A stretch of DNA of 64,000 bases from assembly GCA_031409275.1 (NCBI GenBank), contig JANNXA010000055.1:466024-530023 (forward strand), given 5' to 3'. The position numbers were made by a program, and so were the translations under genes. This DNA comes from Planctomycetota bacterium. Its GTDB lineage: Bacteria > Planctomycetota > B15-G4 > SIAN01. Below, one piece after another: positions 7,860-18,274 of the stretch. The notes under the pieces were generated by a model. It searched no databases. It had not been told where the DNA came from and worked only from the letters and a program-made list of their open reading frames with translations. The first letter of the stretch is position 1. The number at the start of each line of letters is the position of its first letter.

Positions 7860-10748
7860 TCAGCGCCCTTCGCGCAGTCGACGCATCGCGTCGCGCGCGG
7901 CGCCCATGCGCGCATCGAGCTTCAGCGCTCGCTCGTAGCGGACGATGGCGTCGCTCTTCTTTCCCTGCAGCTCGAAGAGGCGGCCGCGCTGGAACTCGCT
8001 GGCGGCACTGCTGCCCGCCTTCGCCTCCAGCCGATCGAGCGCGCCATTCGCGTCGCTGAAGTCGCGGCCGCGTGCGTACTCCTCGGCGACCTGCACGAGC
8101 AGTGCGGGCGCGCGTCGCTCGAGCTCCGCGAGCCGGCGCGTCGCCTCGGCCGCATCGCCGCGCTTCTTCGCCGACAGCCAACGCCAGAACGACAGCCGCT
8201 CGAGCGACGGGTCGCGATCGTACGCCTCGGCCAACAGCGGCTCGGCGAGCGGCGCGGCCTCATGCATCAGCGCCGACGCGGCCACGTCGCGAAACAGCGG
8301 CGCGAGCTCGGCGGCGGGCAGCGCGGCGATCAGCTCGGCCTGTTGATAGAGCGGCGTCCGGCGCGCGGCGAAAAGGCCGCCGAGGATCGCATCGATCGAG
8401 TTGGCCTGCATGTGGCGCGCAGCAGAGAACTCGAGGAACGGCACGTCGTCGCGAATCAGGCGCGGACCGCCATCGGCGAAGGCGCGCGCGTCGCCACCGG
8501 CCAGCAGCATCATCGGCGCGAGCTGCGCGGCGAGCGACGCGTTGCTGCCGGCGAGAGCCGGCGCCAGCCAGGGGCGCTGCGCGGAGCGCTGCGCCAGCGT
8601 CGCCGGGTCGAGCGCGAGCGGCTCCATCGCGCCGACCATCAGCGTGTCGCCGCTGGTCGTCTTCCAGATCGCGACATGCGGGAAGACGCTGCCGAGCGTC
8701 GCGAAGATCGCCTGGTAGTCGTCCGGACTGCTCCAGTAGAGCTGCACCCATTGGCAGAGGACGCCGCCCGGCGCCAGTCGATCGCGGCAGAGCTCGTAGA
8801 ACTCGACGGTGAACAGGCCGGCCATGCCGGCGAGCCACGGATTGCTCGGTTCCGTGGTGATGACGTCGTAGCGGACTGGCGCGCGGCGCAGCAGCGCGCG
8901 ACCGTCGTCGGCGATCAGCGTCACGTTGGGATCGGCGTGGGCGTTGCGGTTCACGTCGGCGAAGCGAGGCGAAACGGCCAGCACCTCCGCCTCGATCTCG
9001 GCGCAGACGACGCGCCCGCCGTAGCGCGAGGCGGCGGCCGCAGTGACTCCGGCGCCGTAGCCCAGCACGAAGACCTCCTTCGACTCGCGCGCCAGCAACT
9101 GCGGCAGCCACGCCAGCAGCAGCTGCGTCCCCATGTCGCCCCGCGACGTCGCATCGACCTTGCCGTTCACGGCCAGCGCGCGCTCCTGGTTCTGCTCGAA
9201 GACGGCGACGCTGCAGGAGGCGCCATCGCGCACTTCGAGGAGCATGCGCTCCGCAGCCAACGCGCGTGGCCCGTAGAGGCCGACGCCGCCATAGATCGCG
9301 CGCGGATCCCAGCGGCCCAGTGCGCGCGAGGCGAAGCCGCCGCCGGCGACGCCTGCCAACAGCAGCAGCGCCAGCAGCAGCTGACGCGCGCCGCTGCGGA
9401 CCGCGCCGCGCGCCGCCGCGACGAGCACCGCGCCTAGCGCGCCGACCGCGAGCGACGCCGCGAAGAGCGTCCCTTCCAGTCCGAAGCGCGGCAGCAACCA
9501 GAAGTGCGTGGCCAGCGAAGCGACCACTCCGCCGAGCGTGGAGAGCAGATAGGAGGAGCCGATCCCACGACCGAGTTCACCGGTCGCTGCGACCCGCAGA
9601 TCGGAGAGCGCGGGGAAGGCGATGCCGAGCAGCAGCGACGGCACCAGCACCAGCGCCCCGCCGAGCTCGAGCGCGAGACGCGCGCGCGCGCCGGTCGCTG
9701 CGGCGTCGGCGTGCGCGGTCGCCTCGTAGAGCGCCCCGCCGACCGACGCGACGAGGTCGTCGACGAACGGCTGCAGACCGAGCAACAGAAGCGCGAGCAG
9801 GAACTGCGCGGCGATCAGCACGCGCAACGCGGTCGCGCCGCGCCGCACCAACGTCGCATAGACGAGCGCGCCCACCCCAAGTCCGGTGAGGTAGAGCGCC
9901 AAGACGATCGAGAACGCGTAGGTCGTGCCGCCGACGCCCAGCGCCATCAGCCGCGTCCATCCGAACTCGAGCACGATCGACAGCGCGGAACTCACGATCA
10001 GCGCGCCTGCCCAGATCGGCCACGCCAGATCGAGCGTCCGCGGCGCGACGAGCGGCACCTGCAGCGCGCGCGGCGCGCTCGACCGCTGCGCCCCGCCCGA
10101 CTCCACGTTGGCACCGGCGCGCGACGCCGCCGCGACCGCTCGGCGGTCGAGCCGCCAGGCCAGCGCCGCCAGCGCGAGATTGAACGCCGCCGCCACCAAC
10201 CGGCTCTTCCACAGGCCGACCTGCTCCACCAGCACGAAGCCGGCGAGCAGGCAGCCCGCCACCCCGCCGAGCGTATTCCAGCCGTAGAGGCGGCCGATCA
10301 ACGCGCCGCTCTTCTCGCCGCCGCCAGCGAACGCCGTGCAGAGCACCGGCAAGGTCGCCCCCATGCACGCCGTTGCGGGCAACAGCAGCACGAACGTCGC
10401 AAGGAAGCGCACCGGCGTCGCCAGGCCGTGTTCGACCAGCGACGGCCACCACGGATCGAGCAGCGTGCGATCGAGTCCGGCGATGAGCCACGGCGCCAGC
10501 GGCGCGAACAACGCGATCGCGATCTCGAGCTGCGCGTAGCGACGCAGCAGGCCGGGGCCGTTTCGGACGCGTCGCCCGGCAACGAAGGCGCCGAGCGCAA
10601 GGCCGGCCAGGAACGCCGCCACCACCGCCGAGAGTGCCTGCGCCGAGCCGCCGAAGAGGTAGCCCAGGTCACGAACCCAGAGCACCTCGTAGACGAGGGC
10701 GGCCATGCCGGAGACGAACATGTAGCGGGCGGCAATCGCCGTCGGCAT
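7860..10748 (-). CDS. Fused multi-TM / spermidine synthase-like SAM-dependent domain protein with C-terminal TPR
   Basis: SGMAALVYEVLW TM region, VLGYGAGVT, EIEAEV, DGRALL, YDVITTEPSNPW, then TPR-like helices. Confidence 0.88.
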   Translation of the reverse strand: MPTAIAARYMFVSGMAALVYEVLWVRDLGYLFGGSAQALSAVVAAFLAGLALGAFVAGRRVRNGPGLLRRYAQLEIAIALFAPLAPWLIAGLDRTLLDPWWPSLVEHGLATPVRFLATFVLLLPATACMGATLPVLCTAFAGGGEKSGALIGRLYGWNTLGGVAGCLLAGFVLVEQVGLWKSRLVAAAFNLALAALAWRLDRRAVAAASRAGANVESGGAQRSSAPRALQVPLVAPRTLDLAWPIWAGALIVSSALSIVLEFGWTRLMALGVGGTTYAFSIVLALYLTGLGVGALVYATLVRRGATALRVLIAAQFLLALLLLGLQPFVDDLVASVGGALYEATAHADAAATGARARLALELGGALVLVPSLLLGIAFPALSDLRVAATGELGRGIGSSYLLSTLGGVVASLATHFWLLPRFGLEGTLFAASLAVGALGAVLVAAARGAVRSGARQLLLALLLLAGVAGGGFASRALGRWDPRAIYGGVGLYGPRALAAERMLLEVRDGASCSVAVFEQNQERALAVNGKVDATSRGDMGTQLLLAWLPQLLARESKEVFVLGYGAGVTAAAASRYGGRVVCAEIEAEVLAVSPRFADVNRNAHADPNVTLIADDGRALLRRAPVRYDVITTEPSNPWLAGMAGLFTVEFYELCRDRLAPGGVLCQWVQLYWSSPDDYQAIFATLGSVFPHVAIWKTTSGDTLMVGAMEPLALDPATLAQRSAQRPWLAPALAGSNASLAAQLAPMMLLAGGDARAFADGGPRLIRDDVPFLEFSAARHMQANSIDAILGGLFAARRTPLYQQAELIAALPAAELAPLFRDVAASALMHEAAPLAEPLLAEAYDRDPSLERLSFWRWLSAKKRGDAAEATRRLAELERRAPALLVQVAEEYARGRDFSDANGALDRLEAKAGSSAASEFQRGRLFELQGKKSDAIVRYERALKLDARMGAARDAMRRLREGR

Positions 10749-10815
10749 CGACCAGCTCCACCTCGAATCGCGGCGCAAAGCTAGCATGCGCCGCTTTTGC
10801 ACCGTGAAGGTCTCC

Positions 10816-13296
10816 ATGCCGCTGCCCGATTCGACTGGCCTGCCCGCCGCGCAGCTGCGATGGCGCTGCCTCTTGCCCGCCTCCGCGCTCGAAGTCGGCA
10901 GCGACGAGCTCGACCGTCTCGGCCAGCGTCGCGCGCTCGATGCGTTGCGGCTCGGCCTCGAGATCGACGCGCCGGGCTACCACGTCTTCGTCTCGGGGCT
11001 GCCAGGCACCGGCCGCGTGCAGGCGGTCCGCCGACTGCTCGCCGGTCTTTCCGATCGCTGTGCCGTCGTCACCGACAAGGCCTTCGTGCACGGCTTCGCC
11101 GACCCGGCGCGGCCGCGCCTGCTGGAACTGCCGGGTGGCCGCATGCGCGCCTTCGCGACCCGCACGGAGGAGCTCGCGACCGACCTGATCGCCCGCCTCG
11201 ACGCGCTCGGCGACGATGAAGCGCACCTGCGCCGCCGCCGCCGCCTCGAACAGGCGCTCGCCGAAGCGAGCACGCGTCAGCTCGCCGAGCTCGCGGCGGC
11301 GGCGCAGCCAGCCGGCCTCTCGCTCTACGAAGTGAAGGAGCACGGCTTCACGCGACCCGCGCTCGGCGTCGCCGACGGGGACGAGATCTTCCCGATCGAG
11401 GCGCTGCGCATGCTGGCGCAGCAGGGTCGCATCGAAAGCAGTCGCGTCGACGCCATCGAGGAGGCGGCGCGGCCCGTGCAGGCGCAGTTGGAACGCACGG
11501 TGATCGAGCTGCGGCGCGCGGCGCGGGCGCGCGCGCGCGAGCTTGCCGCGTTCGATCGGGACCAGGCGCGCTCGGTGATCCGACCGGAGCTCGACGAAGT
11601 CGCCGCCGAGTTCCCCTTCGAACCGGTGGCAAAGCTTCTCGCGCAGGCCGAACAGTGGATCCTCGACCGCATGGCGCATCCGCGCGGCGAGCGTTTCGCG
11701 CGTGCGCTGCGCCGCCGACTTGCCGTCAACGTCGTCCTCGACCACGCGGCGCGCGACACGACTCCGATCGTCGTGGTGAACCACCCGACCTACGCCAACC
11801 TGTTCGGGTCGATCGACGTGCGCACGGCCCGCTCCGGCGCGATGCGCGCCGACCACCGCGGCATCCGCGCGGGCGCGCTCGTCGAAGCCGATGGCGGCTA
11901 CCTCGTCCTGAAAGCCGGCGACCTGCTGGCCGAAGAGGGCGTCTGGACGGCGCTGCGCCGCGCACTGAAGCAGGAACAGGTCGATATCGCGGCGCGCGAC
12001 ACGCTGATCTCGCTCAAGCCCGAGCCAGTGCCGACCAAAGTGAAGGTCGTGCTGATCGGCGAAGCCGAGCACGAGGAGTTCCTCGAAGAGCACGACCCCG
12101 AGTTTCGTGCGATCTTCAAGGTGCGCGCCGAGTTCGACGATCAGATCGAGCGAACCGACGAGAACGTGGCGCGCTACGCCGCGCTGCTGCGAAGGCTCTG
12201 CTCCGACGAGCGGCTGCTGCCGCTCGCCGACGATGCCGCCGAGGCGCTGCTGGAGGAGGCGGCGCGGCGCGCCGGGCGCGGCGGGGTCCTCACGACGCGG
12301 CTCTCGCCACTCGCCGACCTCGCGCGCGAAGCGAATCTCTTCGCGCAGCGCGACGCGGCGCGCGCGATCGGCGGCGGCCACGTTCGCCTCGCGTTGGCGG
12401 CCGCCCGCGAGCGCGAGGATCTGCCCGAACGGCGCTACCACTCGCAGGTGCGCGCCGGCACGCTGCTGCTCGCGACGCGCGGCGAGAAGATCGGGCAGGT
12501 GAACGCACTCACTGTGGTGACCGGCGGCGCGTTCGACTTCGGCCGCCCCGCGCGGATCACGGCCACTGTCGCGGCCGGTGACCACGGCCTGCTCAACATC
12601 GAGCGCGAGGTGCAGCTCTCGGGCGAGATCCATGACAAGGGCGTCTTCATCCTGACGTCGCTGCTGCGCGAGCGCTTCGCGCAGAACCATCCGCTGGCGC
12701 TCGCGGCGAGCCTCTGTTTCGAGCAGAGCTACGGCCCGATCGATGGCGACTCCGCTGCCTCGGCGGAGTGGTTCGCGCTGCTCTCCGCGCTGGCCTGGGC
12801 CCCGTTGAAGCAGAACCTCGCGGTGACGGGCTCGGTGAACCAGAAGGGCGAGATCCAGCCCGTCGGCGCCGTGAACGAGAAGATCGAGGGTTTCTACGAC
12901 GTCTGCGCGCTCGAAGGCCTCGACGGCACACAGGGCGTCATCATCCCGCGCCGCAACGTGAAGGACCTGATGCTCGCGGAACGCGTGGTGCAGGCGGTCA
13001 CGGCCGGACGCTTCCGCATCTTCGCCATCGACCACGTCGACGAAGGGATCGAGCTCTTGACCGGCATTCCCGCCGGCGCGTTGGGCAGCGACGGCCGCTT
13101 CCCCAAGGAGTCGATGAACGGCCGCTGCGCCGACCACCTCTGGTTCCTCTCCGAGGCCGCTCGCGACGCCAAGGCGCCGCCTGAGCCCGCGGCGAGCAGC
13201 GCAGCGCCGGCGGCGGCCGGCCCCTCGGCGTCGGGTGCACCAGGTGCACCGAGCGATCCCACGCCCCCGGTCGAGCCTCCGGCCGAGGCGCCATGA
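10816..13296 (+). CDS. Lon-like (S16, AAA_32/LonC-type) protease
   Basis: GQRRA..G, degenerate Walker A GLPGTGR, GQVNAL, FEQSYGPIDGDSA (Ser), GAVNEKIEGF (Lys). Confidence 0.92.
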   Translation: MPLPDSTGLPAAQLRWRCLLPASALEVGSDELDRLGQRRALDALRLGLEIDAPGYHVFVSGLPGTGRVQAVRRLLAGLSDRCAVVTDKAFVHGFADPARPRLLELPGGRMRAFATRTEELATDLIARLDALGDDEAHLRRRRRLEQALAEASTRQLAELAAAAQPAGLSLYEVKEHGFTRPALGVADGDEIFPIEALRMLAQQGRIESSRVDAIEEAARPVQAQLERTVIELRRAARARARELAAFDRDQARSVIRPELDEVAAEFPFEPVAKLLAQAEQWILDRMAHPRGERFARALRRRLAVNVVLDHAARDTTPIVVVNHPTYANLFGSIDVRTARSGAMRADHRGIRAGALVEADGGYLVLKAGDLLAEEGVWTALRRALKQEQVDIAARDTLISLKPEPVPTKVKVVLIGEAEHEEFLEEHDPEFRAIFKVRAEFDDQIERTDENVARYAALLRRLCSDERLLPLADDAAEALLEEAARRAGRGGVLTTRLSPLADLAREANLFAQRDAARAIGGGHVRLALAAAREREDLPERRYHSQVRAGTLLLATRGEKIGQVNALTVVTGGAFDFGRPARITATVAAGDHGLLNIEREVQLSGEIHDKGVFILTSLLRERFAQNHPLALAASLCFEQSYGPIDGDSAASAEWFALLSALAWAPLKQNLAVTGSVNQKGEIQPVGAVNEKIEGFYDVCALEGLDGTQGVIIPRRNVKDLMLAERVVQAVTAGRFRIFAIDHVDEGIELLTGIPAGALGSDGRFPKESMNGRCADHLWFLSEAARDAKAPPEPAASSAAPAAAGPSASGAPGAPSDPTPPVEPPAEAP

Positions 13297-14276
13297 ATCG
13301 CGCGCTGCTCTGGTGCGTGCTGGCCAACGTGATCGGCGGATCGACCTTCGCCGCAATGGCCGCCGCTCACGCCTGCGGCCTGCCCACCGTCACCTTCAGC
13401 TTCCTGCGCACGCTGCTCTCGACGCTGCTCTTCGCGCTGTTGGCATGGCGCGCCGGCGAGCTGCGCCCACGTTTCAGCGGGCGCGACTGGGGACTGTTGC
13501 TGCTGGTGGCGGTCCCCGGCTTCGCGCTGCCGCTGATCGTCGGCATCCGCGGCGTCGCACTGTCGACGCCGGGCCTCGGCTCGATCCTCGCGCTGCTCGA
13601 ACCGATCGTGATCGTGCCGCTGTCGGTGCTCTTCCTGCGGGAAGCGCTGCCGCGCACACGCCTGCTCGGCATCGTGATCGGGCTGTTCGGTGCGTTGCTG
13701 GTCGTGATCGGCGGCGCGAGCAGCGGCCCGCTGCCGGGCAGCGGCGCGGCCGGCGCCAACGCTCATGCCGCCACCACGCTCGGCAACGTGCTGCTGGCGC
13801 TGCAGGGCAGCCTGTGGGCCGTCTACACCGTGGCCGCCAAGCCGCTCTGCGCGCGTCACTCGGCACTTTCGATCAGCACCTGGTCGACGGCGCTCGGCTG
13901 CCTCGCCATGGGGCTCGTCGCACCGCTCGAGTGGAGCGCCCTGACGCCGAACGCGCTGGCGCCGCTGGCCCGCGCGTTGGCGCTCGAGCAAGGGCCCGCG
14001 ACGTGGGAGGCGACGCTCGCCGTCGCGCGCGCCGCCGCACCGTGGATGGGCTACCTCGCGCTCTTCGGCAGCTTCCTCGGAGTCCTGCTCTGGAACGCCG
14101 GCTTGCAAGGCGTCGCCGCCAGCCGCATGGCGGCGTTCATCTTCCTGCAGCCCGCCGTCGGACTCCTGCTCGACGCCATCCTTGGCGCGCCCGCGCCCGG
14201 CCTCTACGCCTGGCTCGGCCTCGGCTGCATCGCGCTCGCGATCGCCTTCGTCAGTCGCGAGCCCGCCATGCCCTGA
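13293..14276 (+). CDS. EamA/DMT family transporter
   Basis: About 10 TM helices with two EamA-like repeats (LFLRE; LWNAGL..AAFIFLQP). Confidence 0.85.
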   Translation: MNRALLWCVLANVIGGSTFAAMAAAHACGLPTVTFSFLRTLLSTLLFALLAWRAGELRPRFSGRDWGLLLLVAVPGFALPLIVGIRGVALSTPGLGSILALLEPIVIVPLSVLFLREALPRTRLLGIVIGLFGALLVVIGGASSGPLPGSGAAGANAHAATTLGNVLLALQGSLWAVYTVAAKPLCARHSALSISTWSTALGCLAMGLVAPLEWSALTPNALAPLARALALEQGPATWEATLAVARAAAPWMGYLALFGSFLGVLLWNAGLQGVAASRMAAFIFLQPAVGLLLDAILGAPAPGLYAWLGLGCIALAIAFVSREPAMP

Positions 14277-14715
14277 GCGCGTCGAGCGGACGCACGAAGG
14301 CAATGGGATGGACTGCCGCCGCGCGCACCACGAAGCGGCCGTCGCTGCGTGCCTCGAGCAGGAACGAGGCGCGCGCCGCAAACCGCTGCGGCCACGCGAC
14401 CCCGAAGGCGCGCGCGAGTTCGAGTTCCGGGTCGCCGATCGCGTGCAGCGCCGCACCTCCGACCTCGTCGAGGAAGCGGCGCAGATGAGCGAGGCCGTCG
14501 ACGCTCGCGACCACGATCGGGCAGCCGGCGCCGCTCCATTCTGAAGCGATCGCAGCGAGCTGCTTCGCGTCAGGCGTGCAGACCGGAGCGCCCGCCAGCG
14601 GCAGGAAGCAGAGCAGCGCGCGGCGCGGTGGCGTCGTCAGCGCCGGCCGGGCGGCGGACCACGGCAGCGACGGAGCGAGCGCCCCGACGGCGAGCGGAAG
14701 GAGGGCACCGTTCAT
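14251..14715 (-). CDS. AhpC/TSA redoxin-like protein
   Basis: VGALAP, FLPLAGAPVC, VVASVD, IGDPELELARAFGV, ARASFLL. ATG overlaps the galK stop. Confidence 0.7.
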   Translation of the reverse strand: MNGALLPLAVGALAPSLPWSAARPALTTPPRRALLCFLPLAGAPVCTPDAKQLAAIASEWSGAGCPIVVASVDGLAHLRRFLDEVGGAALHAIGDPELELARAFGVAWPQRFAARASFLLEARSDGRFVVRAAAVHPIAFVRPLDALRAWRARD

Positions 14716-15881
14716 GCGTCGAGGACCTCGCCGGGCGTGCGGCCGAAGCCGAGCGGATGGACCTCGGGACGCTGGCCGAAGCGCTGCTCGAAGCCGGCGA
14801 CGACATGCGCGCAGAACGACTCGACTTCGCCCGGACGCACCACGGCCAGCGCGCAACCGCCGAAACCGGCGCCAGTCAGGCGCGCGCCGTAGCACGCGGG
14901 ATGGCCGAGCGCGAGCTCGTGCAACGCGTCGAGCCGCGGCGTCGACACCTCGTAGAGATGGCGCGAGGAGAGGTGCGAGAGCCACATCAGCTGGCCGAAC
15001 TCGAGCAGTTCGCCGCGCAGCAGCAGCTCGCGCGCGCGACGCACGCGAGCGACTTCGGTGACCACGTGCCGCGCGCGCTGGAACGGCAGCGCGTCGAGTG
15101 CGCCGCGCAGGGAATCGAGCTGCTCGACCGAGACGTCGCGCAGGCAAGTGATCCCCGGCAGATGGCGGCGCAGGGTGGTCAACGCCGCGGTCGATTCCGC
15201 GACCCGTTGATTGAAGCCGCCTGCCTTGAGTTCCCGTCGCGTCATCGAATCGAGCATCACGAAGGCGAGGCGATCGGCCGGAAGCGGCACGTAGTCGAAA
15301 CTCTGGTCCTTGCAGTCGAGCCACAGCGCGTGGCCGGGCCGCCCGAGTGCACTGGCGAACGGATCCATGATCCCGCACTGCACTCCGACGAACGTCGTTT
15401 CGGCGCGATGAGCGAGGCGCGCCGCAGCGAGCGGAGAGAGCGGCGCTCCCGCCAGCGTGGAGAGCGCGATGGCGCTCGCGACGAGCACGGCAGCGCTCGA
15501 GGACATGCCGGCCCCGGGCGGCAGATCGCCGGCGAACGTCAGGTCAGCGCCCGGCAATTCGAGCCCCTCCTCGCCGAGCAGCTTGGCGATGCCGACCGGG
15601 TACGCGGCCCAACCCGCCGCCGCAGCCGTCGGCAGCGCATCGAGCGCAACATCGACCGTGCCTGGGAACTCGGCGGAGACGAGCCGCAGCCGCCGTTCAG
15701 CGCGCGGCCGGGCCACGACGGCGACCCCGCGATCGACGGCGACCGGCAGCACGCAACCGCCGTGGTAGTCGATGTGCGCGCCGAGCAGGTTGACGCGCCC
15801 GCTCGCGAAGAAGAGGCGCCCAGCCCGGTCGCCGTGCGCACCGGCGAGCGCGCGAACCCGGCTGAAGAGAGGGCAATCCAT
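14712..15881 (-). CDS. galK: Galactokinase
   Basis: GRVNLLGAHIDY, PPGAGMSSSAA, CGIMD, RARHVVTE, GARLTGAGFGGC. Confidence 0.93.
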   Translation of the reverse strand: MDCPLFSRVRALAGAHGDRAGRLFFASGRVNLLGAHIDYHGGCVLPVAVDRGVAVVARPRAERRLRLVSAEFPGTVDVALDALPTAAAAGWAAYPVGIAKLLGEEGLELPGADLTFAGDLPPGAGMSSSAAVLVASAIALSTLAGAPLSPLAAARLAHRAETTFVGVQCGIMDPFASALGRPGHALWLDCKDQSFDYVPLPADRLAFVMLDSMTRRELKAGGFNQRVAESTAALTTLRRHLPGITCLRDVSVEQLDSLRGALDALPFQRARHVVTEVARVRRARELLLRGELLEFGQLMWLSHLSSRHLYEVSTPRLDALHELALGHPACYGARLTGAGFGGCALAVVRPGEVESFCAHVVAGFEQRFGQRPEVHPLGFGRTPGEVLDA

Positions 15882-16005
15882 CGACGATCTTCCGGACGAT
15901 GTCGGCACGAATCGAAGCGCGCGCACGCCGTCGGCTCCCGGGGAAAGCGGCGCAAGCGAGTGCGAGGCGCCGGGTAATTGAGCGCCTCCCCCGCCGAAAT
16001 CAACG

Positions 16006-16033
16006 TTGCATGGGGCCGCGTGGCCGCTAGGTT
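16006..16033 (+). promoter_or_regulatory. sigma70-type promoter for tRNA-His
   Basis: TTGCAT-N16-TAGGTT, 22 nt upstream of the tRNA. Confidence 0.55.
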
Positions 16034-16054
16034 TTCGGCCCGTTTCGTCGCGAT

Positions 16055-16132
16055 GGTGGGTGTAGCTCAACTGGTTAGAGCACCAGACTGTGACTCTGGG
16101 GGTTGGGGGTTCAAGTCCCCTCACTCACCCCA
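16055..16132 (+). tRNA. tRNA-His (GUG), with G-1 and encoded CCA
   Basis: Cloverleaf with GTGGGTG/CACTCAC acceptor, anticodon arm CCAGA-CTGTGAC-TCTGG and GGTTCAAGTCC T-arm. Confidence 0.97.
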
Positions 16133-16205
16133 TGGCGACTTCTCCGACTCGGCCGCGCTCGACGGCGTTGACCTTCCACTTCGGTGCGTCGGCGCAAGCG
16201 CTCTC

Positions 16206-16233
16206 TTGACCCCGGAGCGCGCCGGAGTAAGGT
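16206..16233 (+). promoter_or_regulatory. sigma70-type promoter for tRNA-Arg/tRNA-Lys
   Basis: TTGACC-N16-TAAGGT. Confidence 0.6.
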
Positions 16234-16250
16234 TCCCCGCCTCGTTTCGC

Positions 16251-16327
16251 GCGCCCGTAGCTCAACTGGCTAGAGCGTCGGGCTTCGAACCCGAAGGTTG
16301 CAGGTTCGAGCCCTGCCGGGCGTACCA
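16251..16327 (+). tRNA. tRNA-Arg (UCG)
   Basis: GCGCCCG/CGGGCGT acceptor, TCGGG-CTTCGAA-CCCGA anticodon arm, CCA end. Confidence 0.96.
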
Positions 16328-16395
16328 GTCGTCCTTTCGACGGCCGGAGCGTTCTTCATCGGCGCGCGGAACGACGAACGATCGCTGCAAGAGGT

Positions 16396-16472
16396 GCTCG
16401 CGTAGCTCAGCTGGCTAGAGCAGGTGATTCTTAATCACCGGGTCCTAGGTTCGAATCCTAGCGCGGGCACCA
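16396..16472 (+). tRNA. tRNA-Lys (CUU)
   Basis: GCTCGCG/CGCGGGC acceptor, GGTGA-TTCTTAA-TCACC anticodon arm, CCA end. Confidence 0.96.
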
Positions 16473-16831
16473 TTTTGAGCTATCTGCGCCGACGACCGTG
16501 GAAGTCGCCTCGGCTGCGGTGCTTGACCGCCGTCGGCGCGAGCTTCCGTGCCGCCTGTCCGACTCAATCCAAAACCGCGCTCGAATCGACTTCGACGTCG
16601 GAATCGATTGCCGTTCGGCCCGGCCCGCAAGATCGGGGGCAGGGCCCGCGCGCCGGGCTGTGACTATCCGGGAGGACCATCCGCGGGGTGACCGTCAGCG
16701 ACGTCCTGGCGAACTTTTTTCGCGAGGCCAGCCGAAGTTCGGGCTCCAGTTTTCGGGTCGACTTGCGTCTACTTGGCAGCCGTCGGTTGTGCTACCTGCG
16801 AGTTGCCCTCCCTGCACGTCGGAAATCACCC

Positions 16832-18175
16832 ATGTCGCAACACTTGTCGCATCGCGCCACCTCGGTCCTTCTCCTCGCTGCCTCGCTGGTTTCCGGCGGG
16901 TGCAACCGCGGCGGGAGCCAGAATCGCCGCGTCGTCGGCGGCCTCGCCAACTTCGGCGCGCTCACATTCGATCCGGCGCGCCAGTGGTTCTCTGCCGCCG
17001 ACTCGGTGTCCGGCCGACTCGTCGCCATCGACCCCGCCGACGGCACGACGCGCTTCGACGTTTCCACTGTCGGTGGCAGCGTCGGCGGTCTGTTTCAGGA
17101 TCACTGCAGCGACAGCTGCTTCACTTCCGTCACCAGCCGCAACCGGATCGACGTCTTCGACCCGAGCCTGTACTTCCGCCGATCGACGATTCGCTTGCGC
17201 GCGGCGCCGTACGCGATCGCCGAAGCCGCCAACCATCACCTCCTCGTCGTGACGGGCGCCGGCTTGATCGAACTCGATCCGAAGGCGCTGACGCAGAACA
17301 CGCTCCTGCCGAGCGTCGATCGCGACGCCTTCGTGCTTTCCGACCGCGAGCTGCGCGCCGGCTTCCTGGTCGAGACGCTGAACAACGGCGCCGTCGTCAA
17401 TCGCTTCGACCTGCAGAACGTCACCGGTGCGCCGGTGACCAGCGCGCCCGGGAGCATGGCTGGCCGCGTGGTCGGCGCTGCGGTCGACTTCGACGGCGAA
17501 GTGCTCTACGTCGGCACCGACGTCGCGCCTGGCATCTATCGACTGAACGCCGCGACCCTCGCGCTGATCGACACGATCGACATCGGTGACGGCCTCTCCA
17601 GCATGGCGCTCAGCACGACCGGCTTGCGGCTCTTCTATTCGACGACCGGCCCTCTCGTGGAGAGCGTCATCATCGAGCCACGTTTGACGGGGCCGAGCGT
17701 CACTCTCAGCGACACGCCTCGTGAGCGCGGCGTCGTGATGGCGGCGACCAATCAGGACATCGCGGTTTGGGCCGATGACGGGTCGATCTCCACGTACGGC
17801 ATCTTCGACCTCAAGATGCGCGCGCCGGCCGTGCTCCGTCAGGGCGAAGCTGGCGCGCTCACGCTGGAAGGTCGCCCCAACGCGTTCTACTTCGTCTTCT
17901 TGTCGGGTGGCCCGGCGCCGTTGCTGCTCGACAAGCGAAGCAAGCCCGAACCGCGCATGCTCGAGCTGTCGTTGATTCTCGGCTACGCGCTGGTCTCTTC
18001 CGGGCAGCTCGACGGCAACGGCCGCGCGACGATCGAAGACATCGTGCCGGCAGGTGCCGGGTTCGGTGTGATCGACTCGGTGTGGCAGGCAGCACAGACC
18101 GACGCGATCTTCCCGCCGCGCTACGACCTCAGCAACGCGATGGCCATCCGCTTCCTCGGTCCCGACTGCCCGTAG
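16832..18175 (+). CDS. YncE-like beta-propeller lipoprotein with C-terminal Ig-like domain
   Basis: Lipobox-like LVSGGC, repeated beta-propeller blades (FDPARQ, VDFDGEVLYV, LSTTGLRLF). Confidence 0.7.
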   Translation: MSQHLSHRATSVLLLAASLVSGGCNRGGSQNRRVVGGLANFGALTFDPARQWFSAADSVSGRLVAIDPADGTTRFDVSTVGGSVGGLFQDHCSDSCFTSVTSRNRIDVFDPSLYFRRSTIRLRAAPYAIAEAANHHLLVVTGAGLIELDPKALTQNTLLPSVDRDAFVLSDRELRAGFLVETLNNGAVVNRFDLQNVTGAPVTSAPGSMAGRVVGAAVDFDGEVLYVGTDVAPGIYRLNAATLALIDTIDIGDGLSSMALSTTGLRLFYSTTGPLVESVIIEPRLTGPSVTLSDTPRERGVVMAATNQDIAVWADDGSISTYGIFDLKMRAPAVLRQGEAGALTLEGRPNAFYFVFLSGGPAPLLLDKRSKPEPRMLELSLILGYALVSSGQLDGNGRATIEDIVPAGAGFGVIDSVWQAAQTDAIFPPRYDLSNAMAIRFLGPDCP

Positions 18176-18274
18176 AGTCCGGCTCGACGAACCGGTTCGG
18201 GATCGGGGCCGCTTCCTCGCTGAACGCGACCGGCAACTGGCTTCCGTCGCGCTCGACGCCAGAATGGCCCGCGC

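Noticed and set aside
10995..11016. Degenerate Walker A (GLPGTGR) as a sign of Lon pseudogenisation
   Set aside because: This is typical of LonC/AAA_32-type proteins, and the Ser-Lys dyad is intact.
15978..16663. ORFs overlapping the tRNA cluster, and the extended galK N-terminus
   Set aside because: They are explained by the tRNA genes.
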